DNA from: Candidatus Saccharimonadota bacterium
GTDB taxonomy: Bacteria; Bacteroidota; Bacteroidia; Cytophagales; Amoebophilaceae
Length of the DNA: 32,000 nucleotides
Assembly: GCF_965196625.1 (NCBI RefSeq)
Contig: NZ_OZ239769.1
Coordinates: 1,020,001-1,052,000, forward strand
Direction of reading: 5' to 3'
Made by a program: the position numbers and the translations under genes. Every line of letters starts with the position of its first letter. The first letter of the stretch is position 1. Shown piece after piece: positions 1 to 7,835 of this stretch. The notes under the pieces are model-generated. The model saw nothing but the letters and a program-made list of their open reading frames with translations. It was not told the origin of the DNA and ran no database searches.

Positions 1-1
1 T

Positions 2-3000
2 TGGTATGGGTGCGCCTTGATCTACACATGGTATAGGTTCTTGCTTAGGGCGCTCCCATGGACCTACTATAAAATCTTCAGAAATAGCCATATCGCCTAT
101 GCTGCCATGACGCAATTTAACAGCAGCATCGAATTTATCCACCACAGATATTTTATGATTTTTTGAAGAAACCATAACCGACCATGGATAACCGGCAAAC
201 AAATGACTATCATAAGTTGTTACCTTATCCAGCTTTAAATCTGGAGCGTTACCAGAATACTTCAATATAGAAAAATTTCCTATGCCTTCTATATAATAAC
301 GGTTATTAATGAAGTCTATAATCTTAGAAGTAGGTATATTTCCACCTAACTGTACATCCACTGATGGGTTTAATACCCAAGGAGAAAAAAAGTTGTGTAA
401 ATCCTGGTATAACAAATTTAAGAATAATCCTTTTTCATACCCGGGTTTAAACTTAACGGTAACGTTAACTTTAACATCTTCATAAATAGGATTTATGACC
501 TCGCACTTTATAAACGGTGTACTAACACTTTGAATATAGGTTTTAATTTCAGTTAAAAGCTGTCTGCTCACAAAAGGGATACCCGAACTAGGATCTGCTT
601 TAGCCATGACCACAATGGTTATATGACCAGGTTGTGCCATATTATTTGTGCTTTTTGAGGTATGGTTGATACACTTTACTTTGAAAACTTCTGGAAATTT
701 TTCAAGAACGATTCGTTCATAATCCCACACTGATATGGCTCTATTTTTATGCCTCAAACGTTCACTAACCCGCCTATAGAAGGCTTGATGATTTTCAAAC
801 TGCCTTCCACCAAAAGTGGGAAAAGGTTGTAGGACCCATTCAATACCCTCTATAGGGTTCTGAAGTTCTTGAATTGCTTTTTCAGGTAATACCGGAGCAG
901 AAAATACACCATTTCTATCCATCACCCTGGATACAGCAACGGCTTGTGTATAGACTCCAACTATAGTGGCCAATGCACCTTTTTTATCCATAAACTGTGC
1001 CTTAATCCAAGTTAACCCTGGCGTCATACGGGTATTGTTTCTATTTACCTCACTGGGTAAACTAGATAAATCAAAAATGATAATGCCAGATTGAGATAAT
1101 CCATTGGTTCCATCTACAACAATCGCTTCCTCGAAGGGCAGCCAAATATTGTCAGACAAATAAAACCACTTGGGTTGCTGGGTTTCTTGATCCGAACTGT
1201 TTTCACCAATAGCTATATGCATAGAAAGATGGGTGCTATTTAGATCTTCTATGCCAAAAGCGATAAATGATTCTTTCTGTTCTATCAATGGCAATAATGT
1301 AGGCGGGGCAGTTAGCTTGCTTGGAAAGGTCTTTAAATAACCAAAAGAAGAAATATGAAAAAAGCTGTTTAAATATTTTTCTTCCTCTTCTCCAGGAGGA
1401 GAGGTGAGTACCATAGATTCCTCCGCCTCGTAATCAACAGTAATCGATTTGATGCGGGGGGTATAGGGTTCATTCAAGACCGTTATGGTTTCTCCTTTCT
1501 TTTTCTGGGCATTTTTAACGAGTATACTGCTCATCAGGCTGGGATAGATGGCATGACCAAAAGCTTGCTCTGGTGCACATAATTGTAATTTTAAAAAACC
1601 AGCTACTGTTTTGGGGCCATAGACGTTAACCTCTAATGGATGGTTTGTTTTAGTGACCCGTAATGCAGCTACGTCAATGTCGTTAATGGTTCTCAGGTAA
1701 TCTAACTGTTCACTACCTTTATTATTTTTTATAACCTGAAAAAGAGGCACAACTTGTCTATTTTGGACATAAGATGGATTCCAGTGCTGATGATTTAAGT
1801 AAGAAATGTTTACCTTAAAATCATCGTTGCTTACCTTAATAGGATAGGCATCATAATAAGACTTAAATCCTCCTTCTATGGTAGGAATGCTATCCCATTT
1901 AATATTTATTTTTAAATCCGTTAGATTTTTAGAGAAGATTTCTCCACTACCTATATAAAAGCTACTATCGAGTTTGGCTAATGGCCCAAAAAGCTCAAAA
2001 ATTTGACTATTATCAATAATACCCAATTGATTCTGAAGGACCAATCCACGATATCCCTGCACACTAACTTTTAAATCTATGGTTTCAAGCACCAAACCAT
2101 TTAAGAGATACAAACCAGTAAGTGATGCTTTATCACGTATGCTAACAGATACCGTCGGGGTACCAGGATTCACTATTTCACCCTGGTATTCAGGAGGTAA
2201 CATTTCTACTGGAGGTGCTTCTGCATTTAAAGATATGGTCATGTGCAGACAACGCGTTGCATCCACAAATTCCAATGCTACAGACTCTTCTGGTATAGTC
2301 AGCCATCCATCTTTAGTAGTAATTTGTACCCGTGCAAGGGTAGAAAGCATACCGGACAATTGTTTTAAAAATGCTGCAGTAGGGATCTTTTTATTTGGAT
2401 TACGATTGACTAATATTTGAAAGGATTCAAAAGTAAGTTTCCATTTTATATGGATGGTGCGTATGCCTTCAGCAAGGTGAAATAAGGGTGAGCCAACCAA
2501 TACAGCCAATTGTTCGTTCGATTGCGTTTTGGCCATTTCATTATTTTCTGGCATAGGAAACAATTGAAAAGGAAACATTTGTAAGAGCTTGCTATCATAG
2601 GTAGTAGTAGACAACTCAACTGTTTTATAGCCTTCTTTATCAACCTTTTTAGTAATCAACAGGGTGTTGATCTGAGCAACCTTAGCTTTATTGACTGTTA
2701 TATTTCTTTTGGTTTCAAACAAAATATCTGCACCATTAACTGGATTTTTTGCAACCAAAAGGCTCCCCTCTGGCACAAAAGCGAAGGAATGATTGGGGCT
2801 AAGCAAAAAATGCACATAAGACTGATCTGGAATGGAAGGATTATTATTAAATTTTAGTACATGTCTGTAGTAGTGCTCTAGCGTTCTTTGTGGAATGTAA
2901 TTAAGATGGGCATCTGCATACTGTAACAGCTGTAAAAAAGCGATCAAAAGCGCCACATGAGGCGCTTTATTTTGAGCATAAAGGGTATCAAAATAATCAC

Positions 3001-3712
3001 TAGCAGAGAGTTCCTTTAATTTATAAATCGTATTAAAAACAGCATCAAAAAAATCATCAAAAAAATCAATAATTTGCTCATCATTAAGCTCTATACCATT
3101 TACTTCATCATAAACCAGATCAACTCTTAATTGCCATAAGGAACCATTATGACACTTCTCATAAAGAAAAACAGAAAAGTTTATAAAAGATTGAATAGAA
3201 CTGACCCTACGATGCTGTTGGAGCATTTTGTATATTTTACTAATATGGGTATTGATTTCTTCATGTATAATGGCATCTAACTTGGCTCGAACCACATCCT
3301 CATTAGATAGGTTTTTATACCAATAATCTAATAGTATGATCAATTCTTGGGCCACGACCAAAATATTATTCATCAAGTTGCTATCTGCAATCCCTGTAGA
3401 GCTTCTGCGTAGGGTTAAAAAATCTTTATGAATGTTTTTTTTTAAACCATCAATATTGGTATGTAGAATGAGGGAACGTATAACAGTATCATCTTGCTCT
3501 AAAAACTTTCGCCAGACATTTTGATCTATGCGTTGATTGTTGTTATCATAATAGGCCAATAAGTCGGTGTATAAATAAAGGAAGCGGAGGTGATCGCTAA
3601 ATTGTCTATCACTAATCAATAAATTGTTTTCTACCAATTCAGGTAGCAATCGTTCAGCGTGGGAGGTGCCTCTTCCAGCAAATAAAATATTAAGTTTTTT
3701 TTCAATATTCAT
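2..3712 (-). CDS. Baseplate J / T4 gp6-like wedge protein of a contractile injection system (Afp11/Cis11-like); C-terminus lies beyond the left edge of the window
   Basis: Translated by hand, line by line. ATG at 3712-3710 is preceded by an in-frame TAG (plus-strand cta at 3722-3724). There is no tta/cta/tca in this frame (codon low ends = 2 mod 3) down to position 2, giving 1,237 codons. It is absent from the ORF track because it has no stop in the window. N-terminus: MNIEKKLNILFAGRGTSHAERLLPELVENN. Residues ~249-295: KAPHVALLIAFLQLLQYADAHLNYIPQRTLEHYYRHVLKF. Residues ~965-1017: PTFGGRQFENHQAFYRRVSERLRHKNRAISVWDYERIVLEKFPEVFKVKCINH. The last fits the GG..E...R...R.RA[IV][ST]..DYE signature I recall for Baseplate_J (P2 gpJ / T4 gp6) proteins, including eCIS Afp11/Pvc11 homologues. 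Confidence 0.7.
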   Translation of the reverse strand, partial: MNIEKKLNILFAGRGTSHAERLLPELVENNLLISDRQFSDHLRFLYLYTDLLAYYDNNNQRIDQNVWRKFLEQDDTVIRSLILHTNIDGLKKNIHKDFLTLRRSSTGIADSNLMNNILVVAQELIILLDYWYKNLSNEDVVRAKLDAIIHEEINTHISKIYKMLQQHRRVSSIQSFINFSVFLYEKCHNGSLWQLRVDLVYDEVNGIELNDEQIIDFFDDFFDAVFNTIYKLKELSASDYFDTLYAQNKAPHVALLIAFLQLLQYADAHLNYIPQRTLEHYYRHVLKFNNNPSIPDQSYVHFLLSPNHSFAFVPEGSLLVAKNPVNGADILFETKRNITVNKAKVAQINTLLITKKVDKEGYKTVELSTTTYDSKLLQMFPFQLFPMPENNEMAKTQSNEQLAVLVGSPLFHLAEGIRTIHIKWKLTFESFQILVNRNPNKKIPTAAFLKQLSGMLSTLARVQITTKDGWLTIPEESVALEFVDATRCLHMTISLNAEAPPVEMLPPEYQGEIVNPGTPTVSVSIRDKASLTGLYLLNGLVLETIDLKVSVQGYRGLVLQNQLGIIDNSQIFELFGPLAKLDSSFYIGSGEIFSKNLTDLKINIKWDSIPTIEGGFKSYYDAYPIKVSNDDFKVNISYLNHQHWNPSYVQNRQVVPLFQVIKNNKGSEQLDYLRTINDIDVAALRVTKTNHPLEVNVYGPKTVAGFLKLQLCAPEQAFGHAIYPSLMSSILVKNAQKKKGETITVLNEPYTPRIKSITVDYEAEESMVLTSPPGEEEEKYLNSFFHISSFGYLKTFPSKLTAPPTLLPLIEQKESFIAFGIEDLNSTHLSMHIAIGENSSDQETQQPKWFYLSDNIWLPFEEAIVVDGTNGLSQSGIIIFDLSSLPSEVNRNNTRMTPGLTWIKAQFMDKKGALATIVGVYTQAVAVSRVMDRNGVFSAPVLPEKAIQELQNPIEGIEWVLQPFPTFGGRQFENHQAFYRRVSERLRHKNRAISVWDYERIVLEKFPEVFKVKCINHTSKSTNNMAQPGHITIVVMAKADPSSGIPFVSRQLLTEIKTYIQSVSTPFIKCEVINPIYEDVKVNVTVKFKPGYEKGLFLNLLYQDLHNFFSPWVLNPSVDVQLGGNIPTSKIIDFINNRYYIEGIGNFSILKYSGNAPDLKLDKVTTYDSHLFAGYPWSVMVSSKNHKISVVDKFDAAVKLRHGSIGDMAISEDFIVGPWERPKQEPIPCVDQGAPIP

Positions 3713-3845
3713 ACATTTAAACTATGATCTTTTTCCAAAAATTAAGATATTGAGCAAGAGCGCGCGCCCAAATAGCGCATCGCCATGCTTTGACATCAAT
3801 CTAACCTAAAAACCACTTATAAAAAAGTAATTAAGCTTAAAATTT

Positions 3846-4469
3846 ATGCGCTTCTTATCCTATTTGCTGAGTATGGTTGCCTGTATAGCGACAAGTTTTA
3901 AATGGAATGATGCGGTTGCATCTTGTTACAAGGGGAATGTGATCTTCCAAACTTTGCAGGCTACAGGATCGGATGCTACAAAGGAAACAGAAGCGCATAC
4001 AGTGGCCGCAGATTTGCAGGATACAAACCCAGATACTCCAAACGAACCAGATGCGCCTTCTGATGCACTAGATGAGATACTTAAAAAAGATACCCATTCA
4101 GAAGGAGCCATTCAAAATATATTAGGTGGTTTGGCCGTTTGCTACAATTTTTTAGCCAATCTTCTTTTATACCCTATTTTTTCCTTTTTACTATTGTTGC
4201 TGTCATTGGGTGCCATCTTATTGGTTGGGTTTTGGATAAAGAAAATAAAAGATGAAAAATCGATTTCCACAACTTGGATTTTATTTACTTGTCTCTATCT
4301 GCTTTTTTACTTGGATCTATTTTTAGTAGTCTACCAGAAAAGAGAGGTGCTTTTTTTATTTCTAGAACTAGAAAAGGATCTGTTTTTAACGGTAGCGGCA
4401 GCATCTATTGGTTATATAGTAGGCAAGTTCTTTTCTAGCAAAATTTTTGAAGAAAAAAAATTGCCTTAG
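3846..4469 (+). CDS. Hypothetical membrane protein: signal-like N-terminus, acidic low-complexity segment, 3-4 C-terminal TM helices
   Basis: Track ORF of 207 aa. MRFLSYLLSMVACIATS is a hydrophobic leader. TNPDTPNEPDAPSDALDE is acidic and Pro-rich. Long hydrophobic stretches follow (LLLYPIFSFLLLLLSLGAILLVGFWI, WILFTCLYLLFYLDLFLVVY). No recognisable family. Transcribed divergently from the CIS baseplate gene. Confidence 0.5.
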   Translation: MRFLSYLLSMVACIATSFKWNDAVASCYKGNVIFQTLQATGSDATKETEAHTVAADLQDTNPDTPNEPDAPSDALDEILKKDTHSEGAIQNILGGLAVCYNFLANLLLYPIFSFLLLLLSLGAILLVGFWIKKIKDEKSISTTWILFTCLYLLFYLDLFLVVYQKREVLFLFLELEKDLFLTVAAASIGYIVGKFFSSKIFEEKKLP

Positions 4470-4853
4470 TTAAAATAAAAATGACCTATCCATTTGCCCT
4501 GCATCTATAGAGGTGGGGTATAATTTAAACAAGAACCATCTGTTTAAATCAGTTGAAAAAGCTGCAATATGGGAACTTGTTAATATACTCGACATATCCA
4601 TGTTTGGTCATCCATTCTTCGAACCATTTATTGACTGCATCTTCAAGATAATGTTGTTTCCTATATCTTCTAGTAACGTTGTAATAATAGCTTCTTTGTC
4701 CATATTTTTGAGATTAACGGTTTAAAACCACTGTAGCTAGTGTTAAATATACTGCCTCTCTTCATATGAATCAAGGCACTTGTCTGTCTTTATATCATCA
4801 TATAAAAAGTCGTATCCTGCATAGGCAAGTGAAAAAACAATGGGGCCCTGGTG

Positions 4854-5537
4854 TTAACCTACAGAAGAGTCATTGATTTGCAATAATCTTTCTAGGGTAT
4901 ACGCCTGATCTAAACCATAATGGCCTATTTGGGTTCGACATAGCGCATGGAGGTAGCCTCCAACGCCTAATTTTTCTCCTAAGTCATGGGCAAGGCGCCG
5001 AATATAGGTTCCTTTGCTACAAACGACTTTAAAAGTAATAACTGGCAGCTCAATGGCTGTAATGCAAAAGGAATGGATCACAATAGAACGGGGGCTCAGC
5101 TGCGCCTTTTCTCCTTTTCTAGCCATTTTATAGGCGCGTTGCCCCCCTATTTTAACGGCTGAATAGATAGGAGGTATTTGCGTGATAGGTCCAACAAAAG
5201 TAGCAGCAGCAGCGCGTACCATCTCTTCAGTGATATGGTCATAGCTAGATAGGCGATCAAAGGGGGTTTCTAAATCCATAGATGGTGTAGTCTTGCCAAG
5301 CACAATTTGGCCGGTATAGACCTTATCCAGTGCTTGCAGGCTACTAATTTTTTTAGTTTCCCTGCCACTACATAACAAAAGCAATCCTGTTGCAAGAGGG
5401 TCTAAGGTACCTGCATGGCCTATTTTTTTTATTTTTAAGGCACAACGGACCTTTTTTACCACATCAAAGGAGGTCCAACCCAAGGGTTTATCTACCATTA
5501 AAATAGCCTCAGAAAGGTCATCTTGTAATTGGTGCAT
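4854..5537 (-). CDS. truB: tRNA pseudouridine(55) synthase TruB
   Basis: 227 aa. KPLGWTSFDVVKKVR...IGHAGTLDPLATGLLLLC contains the catalytic-Asp motif. YSAVKIGGQRAYKMARKG is typical of TruB. Confidence 0.93.
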   Translation of the reverse strand: MHQLQDDLSEAILMVDKPLGWTSFDVVKKVRCALKIKKIGHAGTLDPLATGLLLLCSGRETKKISSLQALDKVYTGQIVLGKTTPSMDLETPFDRLSSYDHITEEMVRAAAATFVGPITQIPPIYSAVKIGGQRAYKMARKGEKAQLSPRSIVIHSFCITAIELPVITFKVVCSKGTYIRRLAHDLGEKLGVGGYLHALCRTQIGHYGLDQAYTLERLLQINDSSVG

Positions 5538-5573
5538 ATGAGATAATTATATTGATCATTCGTATACGCCTTC

Positions 5574-5733
5574 GCCTATGGCCGACGATAAAAGCTTTTA
5601 TCTCTTGCTTCCATCCTAGAGGATGCCAAACTCTAAAATGTGAGATATACATTATCCCTGATGTATAGGAAAGAGGGAATTAAACCCTCACTCTTTCGTG
5701 ACTTCGGATCGCACTAAGTTGACGCCATTAGGC
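5574..5733. repeat. Degenerate palindromic intergenic element, possibly a diverged family-B repeat
   Basis: Left end gcctatggccgacgataaaag (5574-5594) resembles the family-B terminus ctaatggccgctgataaaaa (15794-15813). Right end gacgccattaggc (5721-5733) is its imperfect inverted complement. Internal short hairpins: catcctagaggatg, atacat..atgtat, gaggg..ccctc. Confidence 0.3.
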
Positions 5734-5768
5734 TGAACCGGTCTTTCTAGTTCTTTAAATTTTTCTCG

Positions 5769-6464
5769 TTAGATTGATTCCATGCGTAAGGCAACTCTCT
5801 TCATTAGGTAGGCAGTTAGGCGATAATATACATATAATGAAACTATTATTAAAAGTAACATTGAAAATAAACTACTAGTTAAAGCAGCATCACTACCCTC
5901 TTGACTCAGCACAAACCAAACCCTCCAATAGGCAAATAAATAAGGCAAATAGATAATATAGATGAGTAAAGAACCTAATGGAATATACTTTCCAATAAAA
6001 CGAGTGGTCAGCATTTTTAACCCCAAACGAATTTTTGACTGTTCAGGAAATGTCTGATAAAACATTCGTACTCCATCATGCAAAACGATACAACGGGAAG
6101 TGATCCATGCCCATGCTAGTCCTTCCCCTAATACATTTTTCACATAAGGATTAATCTGTGCCAGTATACAAAACTGGATTACATTGCAACAAAATATTAC
6201 ATTAAATCTGCTTTTAGCTATTTTTTTTAGACTTTTATCATCTAATTTCACATTTACATCATGGTTGAAGCATAAGTTTTCTTTAGTAAAGATATTACAT
6301 GCTAGTATAGAAAAAATTAATTGGCTCAACAGATTAAATGGAAATACCTCATGAGGCACAAGACAAATAAATGCAATAAAAGTAATAACTACCTGAAATG
6401 CAGCAGAGGGATTTTGTTTATATAAAATTATGGCTTCTCTAATAGCATATTTATTGAATAACAT
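5769..6464 (-). CDS. Hypothetical polytopic membrane protein
   Basis: Track ORF of 231 aa with several hydrophobic helices (VVITFIAFICLV, LLSQLIFSILACNIF, LLIYIIYLPYLFAYW, LFSMLLLIIVSLYVYY). No family recognised. Confidence 0.55.
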   Translation of the reverse strand: MLFNKYAIREAIILYKQNPSAAFQVVITFIAFICLVPHEVFPFNLLSQLIFSILACNIFTKENLCFNHDVNVKLDDKSLKKIAKSRFNVIFCCNVIQFCILAQINPYVKNVLGEGLAWAWITSRCIVLHDGVRMFYQTFPEQSKIRLGLKMLTTRFIGKYIPLGSLLIYIIYLPYLFAYWRVWFVLSQEGSDAALTSSLFSMLLLIIVSLYVYYRLTAYLMKRVALRMESI

Positions 6465-6542
6465 GTTATGCTTGTTTATTGATTTATTCTAACCGTTTGT
6501 AAGGCTCATTCGATTTAAGTGTCGTGTAAATTATTTTTTTGT

Positions 6543-6695
6543 TTATTGAATTCGATTTTCAAATTTAATTAAAAAATGTGCCATACCTACACACGCCCCA
6601 CCCTGATCACTGTGAACTTGATCCATATTATTTGAAGTAGACTTCCCCAATCCATTACAGGATGTAATAAGTAAATAAAGAAAATACTTTTTCAT
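6543..6695 (-). CDS. Possible 50-aa small lipoprotein (below the track size cut-off)
   Basis: Hand translation: MKKYFLYLLITSCNGLGKSTSNNMDQVHSDQGGACVGMAHFLIKFENRIQ, with stop at 6543-6545. A K-rich n-region, hydrophobic core and lipobox-like LITS|C are present. No other support. Confidence 0.25.
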   Translation of the reverse strand: MKKYFLYLLITSCNGLGKSTSNNMDQVHSDQGGACVGMAHFLIKFENRIQ

Positions 6696-6862
6696 AATGG
6701 ATAATTTTAGATAAAAAGAGAAATATATTAAGATATGTATAACGTGTATCTTTATAGCTATACAATTTTTTAATAAAAAGCAAACACATTAACACAATAA
6801 TTTGAACCATACACCAGCTATATAAGGTACAGATTCGTTATAGGCATATGAAAACTGCGCAT

Positions 6863-7645
6863 CTATACAAAAACAATCTCTTTGGCTTTATAGCTATATT
6901 GGGTGCCATTGCGCGCTGCTACAACCAATTCCCCTAGCCTATTCACGGCTACAATACGCCCTTCCAGTAATCCATGCATCGTTTCAAAGCGATGGAACCC
7001 TTTGTTTCGGTAGAGTATAGCCATATACTTTTTCCAAAGCAAATGATGCATGCCATTTTGTAGCTGTGCATAATAATGACCCAACGCATCGATAATCTGG
7101 GTAAGTAGTAAGGATCGATCCCATGCCCTTCCTTTTTGGATCGCTAAGGAAGTAAATTTCGAAGATTCAAAATGTAGCTGATTCACATTTAAGCCAATAC
7201 CAATTACAGCGGCTTTGAGCTTATCCCCTATATGGGTTTCAATTAACATACCACCTAGTTTCTGGTCGAGGTAGTAGATATCATTGGGCCATTTTATAGC
7301 AATCTCCTTGGGAAAGCAGCCTATTAGCACCTCATAAATCGCCAAACTCGTAATAATATTCAAGGCAAAAACAGCATCTATCGGTAACCATTCTGGATAT
7401 ACAATAAAAGAAAAAAGAAGATTTTTACCTGCTTCTGATAGCCAAGTATGCCCACGTTGTCCCCTTCCTTTATATTGATGCTCTGCAACAAAAACGGTTC
7501 CTTCTGCTGCATGTAGCAAATGTTGTTGGGCCATATCATTGATAGAAGCACAACTTTTATAATAAAATGAAGCCCTATCAAATGGTGCATCAGCCTGAAT
7601 AGCAGTATCGAATAGATAATCCATGGGAATATGATCTATATGCAT
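6863..7645 (-). CDS. birA: Biotin--[acetyl-CoA-carboxylase] ligase, group I (no N-terminal HTH domain)
   Basis: 260 aa. The GRGQRGHTW biotin-binding loop, KWPNDIY and GIGLNVN are classical BPL motifs. Confidence 0.9.
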   Translation of the reverse strand: MHIDHIPMDYLFDTAIQADAPFDRASFYYKSCASINDMAQQHLLHAAEGTVFVAEHQYKGRGQRGHTWLSEAGKNLLFSFIVYPEWLPIDAVFALNIITSLAIYEVLIGCFPKEIAIKWPNDIYYLDQKLGGMLIETHIGDKLKAAVIGIGLNVNQLHFESSKFTSLAIQKGRAWDRSLLLTQIIDALGHYYAQLQNGMHHLLWKKYMAILYRNKGFHRFETMHGLLEGRIVAVNRLGELVVAARNGTQYSYKAKEIVFV

Positions 7646-7662
7646 TACTTTTACCTACAAAT

Positions 7663-7826
7663 TTAGAGACTTCTATTGGAAACTCGCTTATGCTGTGGAA
7701 TTTGTAGGAGAGACGGCGTGCAAAACCAGAGCGTACTAAATGTACGTGAGGATTTGAGCACCAGATCGACGCGCAAATTACCAGCAGAAGTTAGCGTTTC
7801 AAAAGAGGTATAATAGAGACCTAAAT
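7663..7826. repeat. Family-A long palindromic (MITE/REP-like) element, copy 1, in the birA/radA divergent intergenic region
   Basis: Arms ggaaactcgcttatgctgtggaatttg (7678-7704) and caaattaccagcagaagttagcgtttc (7774-7800) are imperfect inverted complements. Central hairpin: cgtac-taaat-gtacg (7732-7746). The core is about 75% identical by eye to 15045-15118. Confidence 0.7.
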
Positions 7827-7835
7827 AAAACCTAT

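Noticed and set aside
2079-2643. Track ORFs 2079-2420 (+) and 2446-2643 (-) inside the first 3.7 kb
   Set aside because: Both lie inside the continuous 1,237-codon minus-strand frame. One is antisense and the other is out of frame. Their translations are low-complexity and not protein-like, so they are shadow ORFs.
3488-3545. An apparent frameshift or stop in the large minus-strand ORF near 3540
   Set aside because: This was my own transcription slip (one base dropped). Re-reading the sequence in triplets shows the frame is continuous (…YYDNNNQRIDQNVW…) with no stop.
3760-3767. GCGCGCGC block as a specific operator or Z-DNA element
   Set aside because: It is a single 8-mer without a partner site or repeat. 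It is noted in the divergent-promoter finding but is too little evidence for a feature.
4513-4725. Track ORF of 70 aa on the plus strand
   Set aside because: Non-ATG (GTG) start and an implausible composition. The minus strand shows better, though broken, coding frames. The region is treated as a remnant rather than a gene.
5538-5768. Possible structured ncRNA (RNase P, SRP/4.5S, tmRNA or 6S) in the 230-bp gap upstream of truB
   Set aside because: None of the universal motifs is present on either strand (RNase P GAGGAAAGUCC, the SRP domain IV GGAA/AGCA loop, the tmRNA tRNA-like end and tag ORF). The ends resemble degenerate family-B repeat termini instead.
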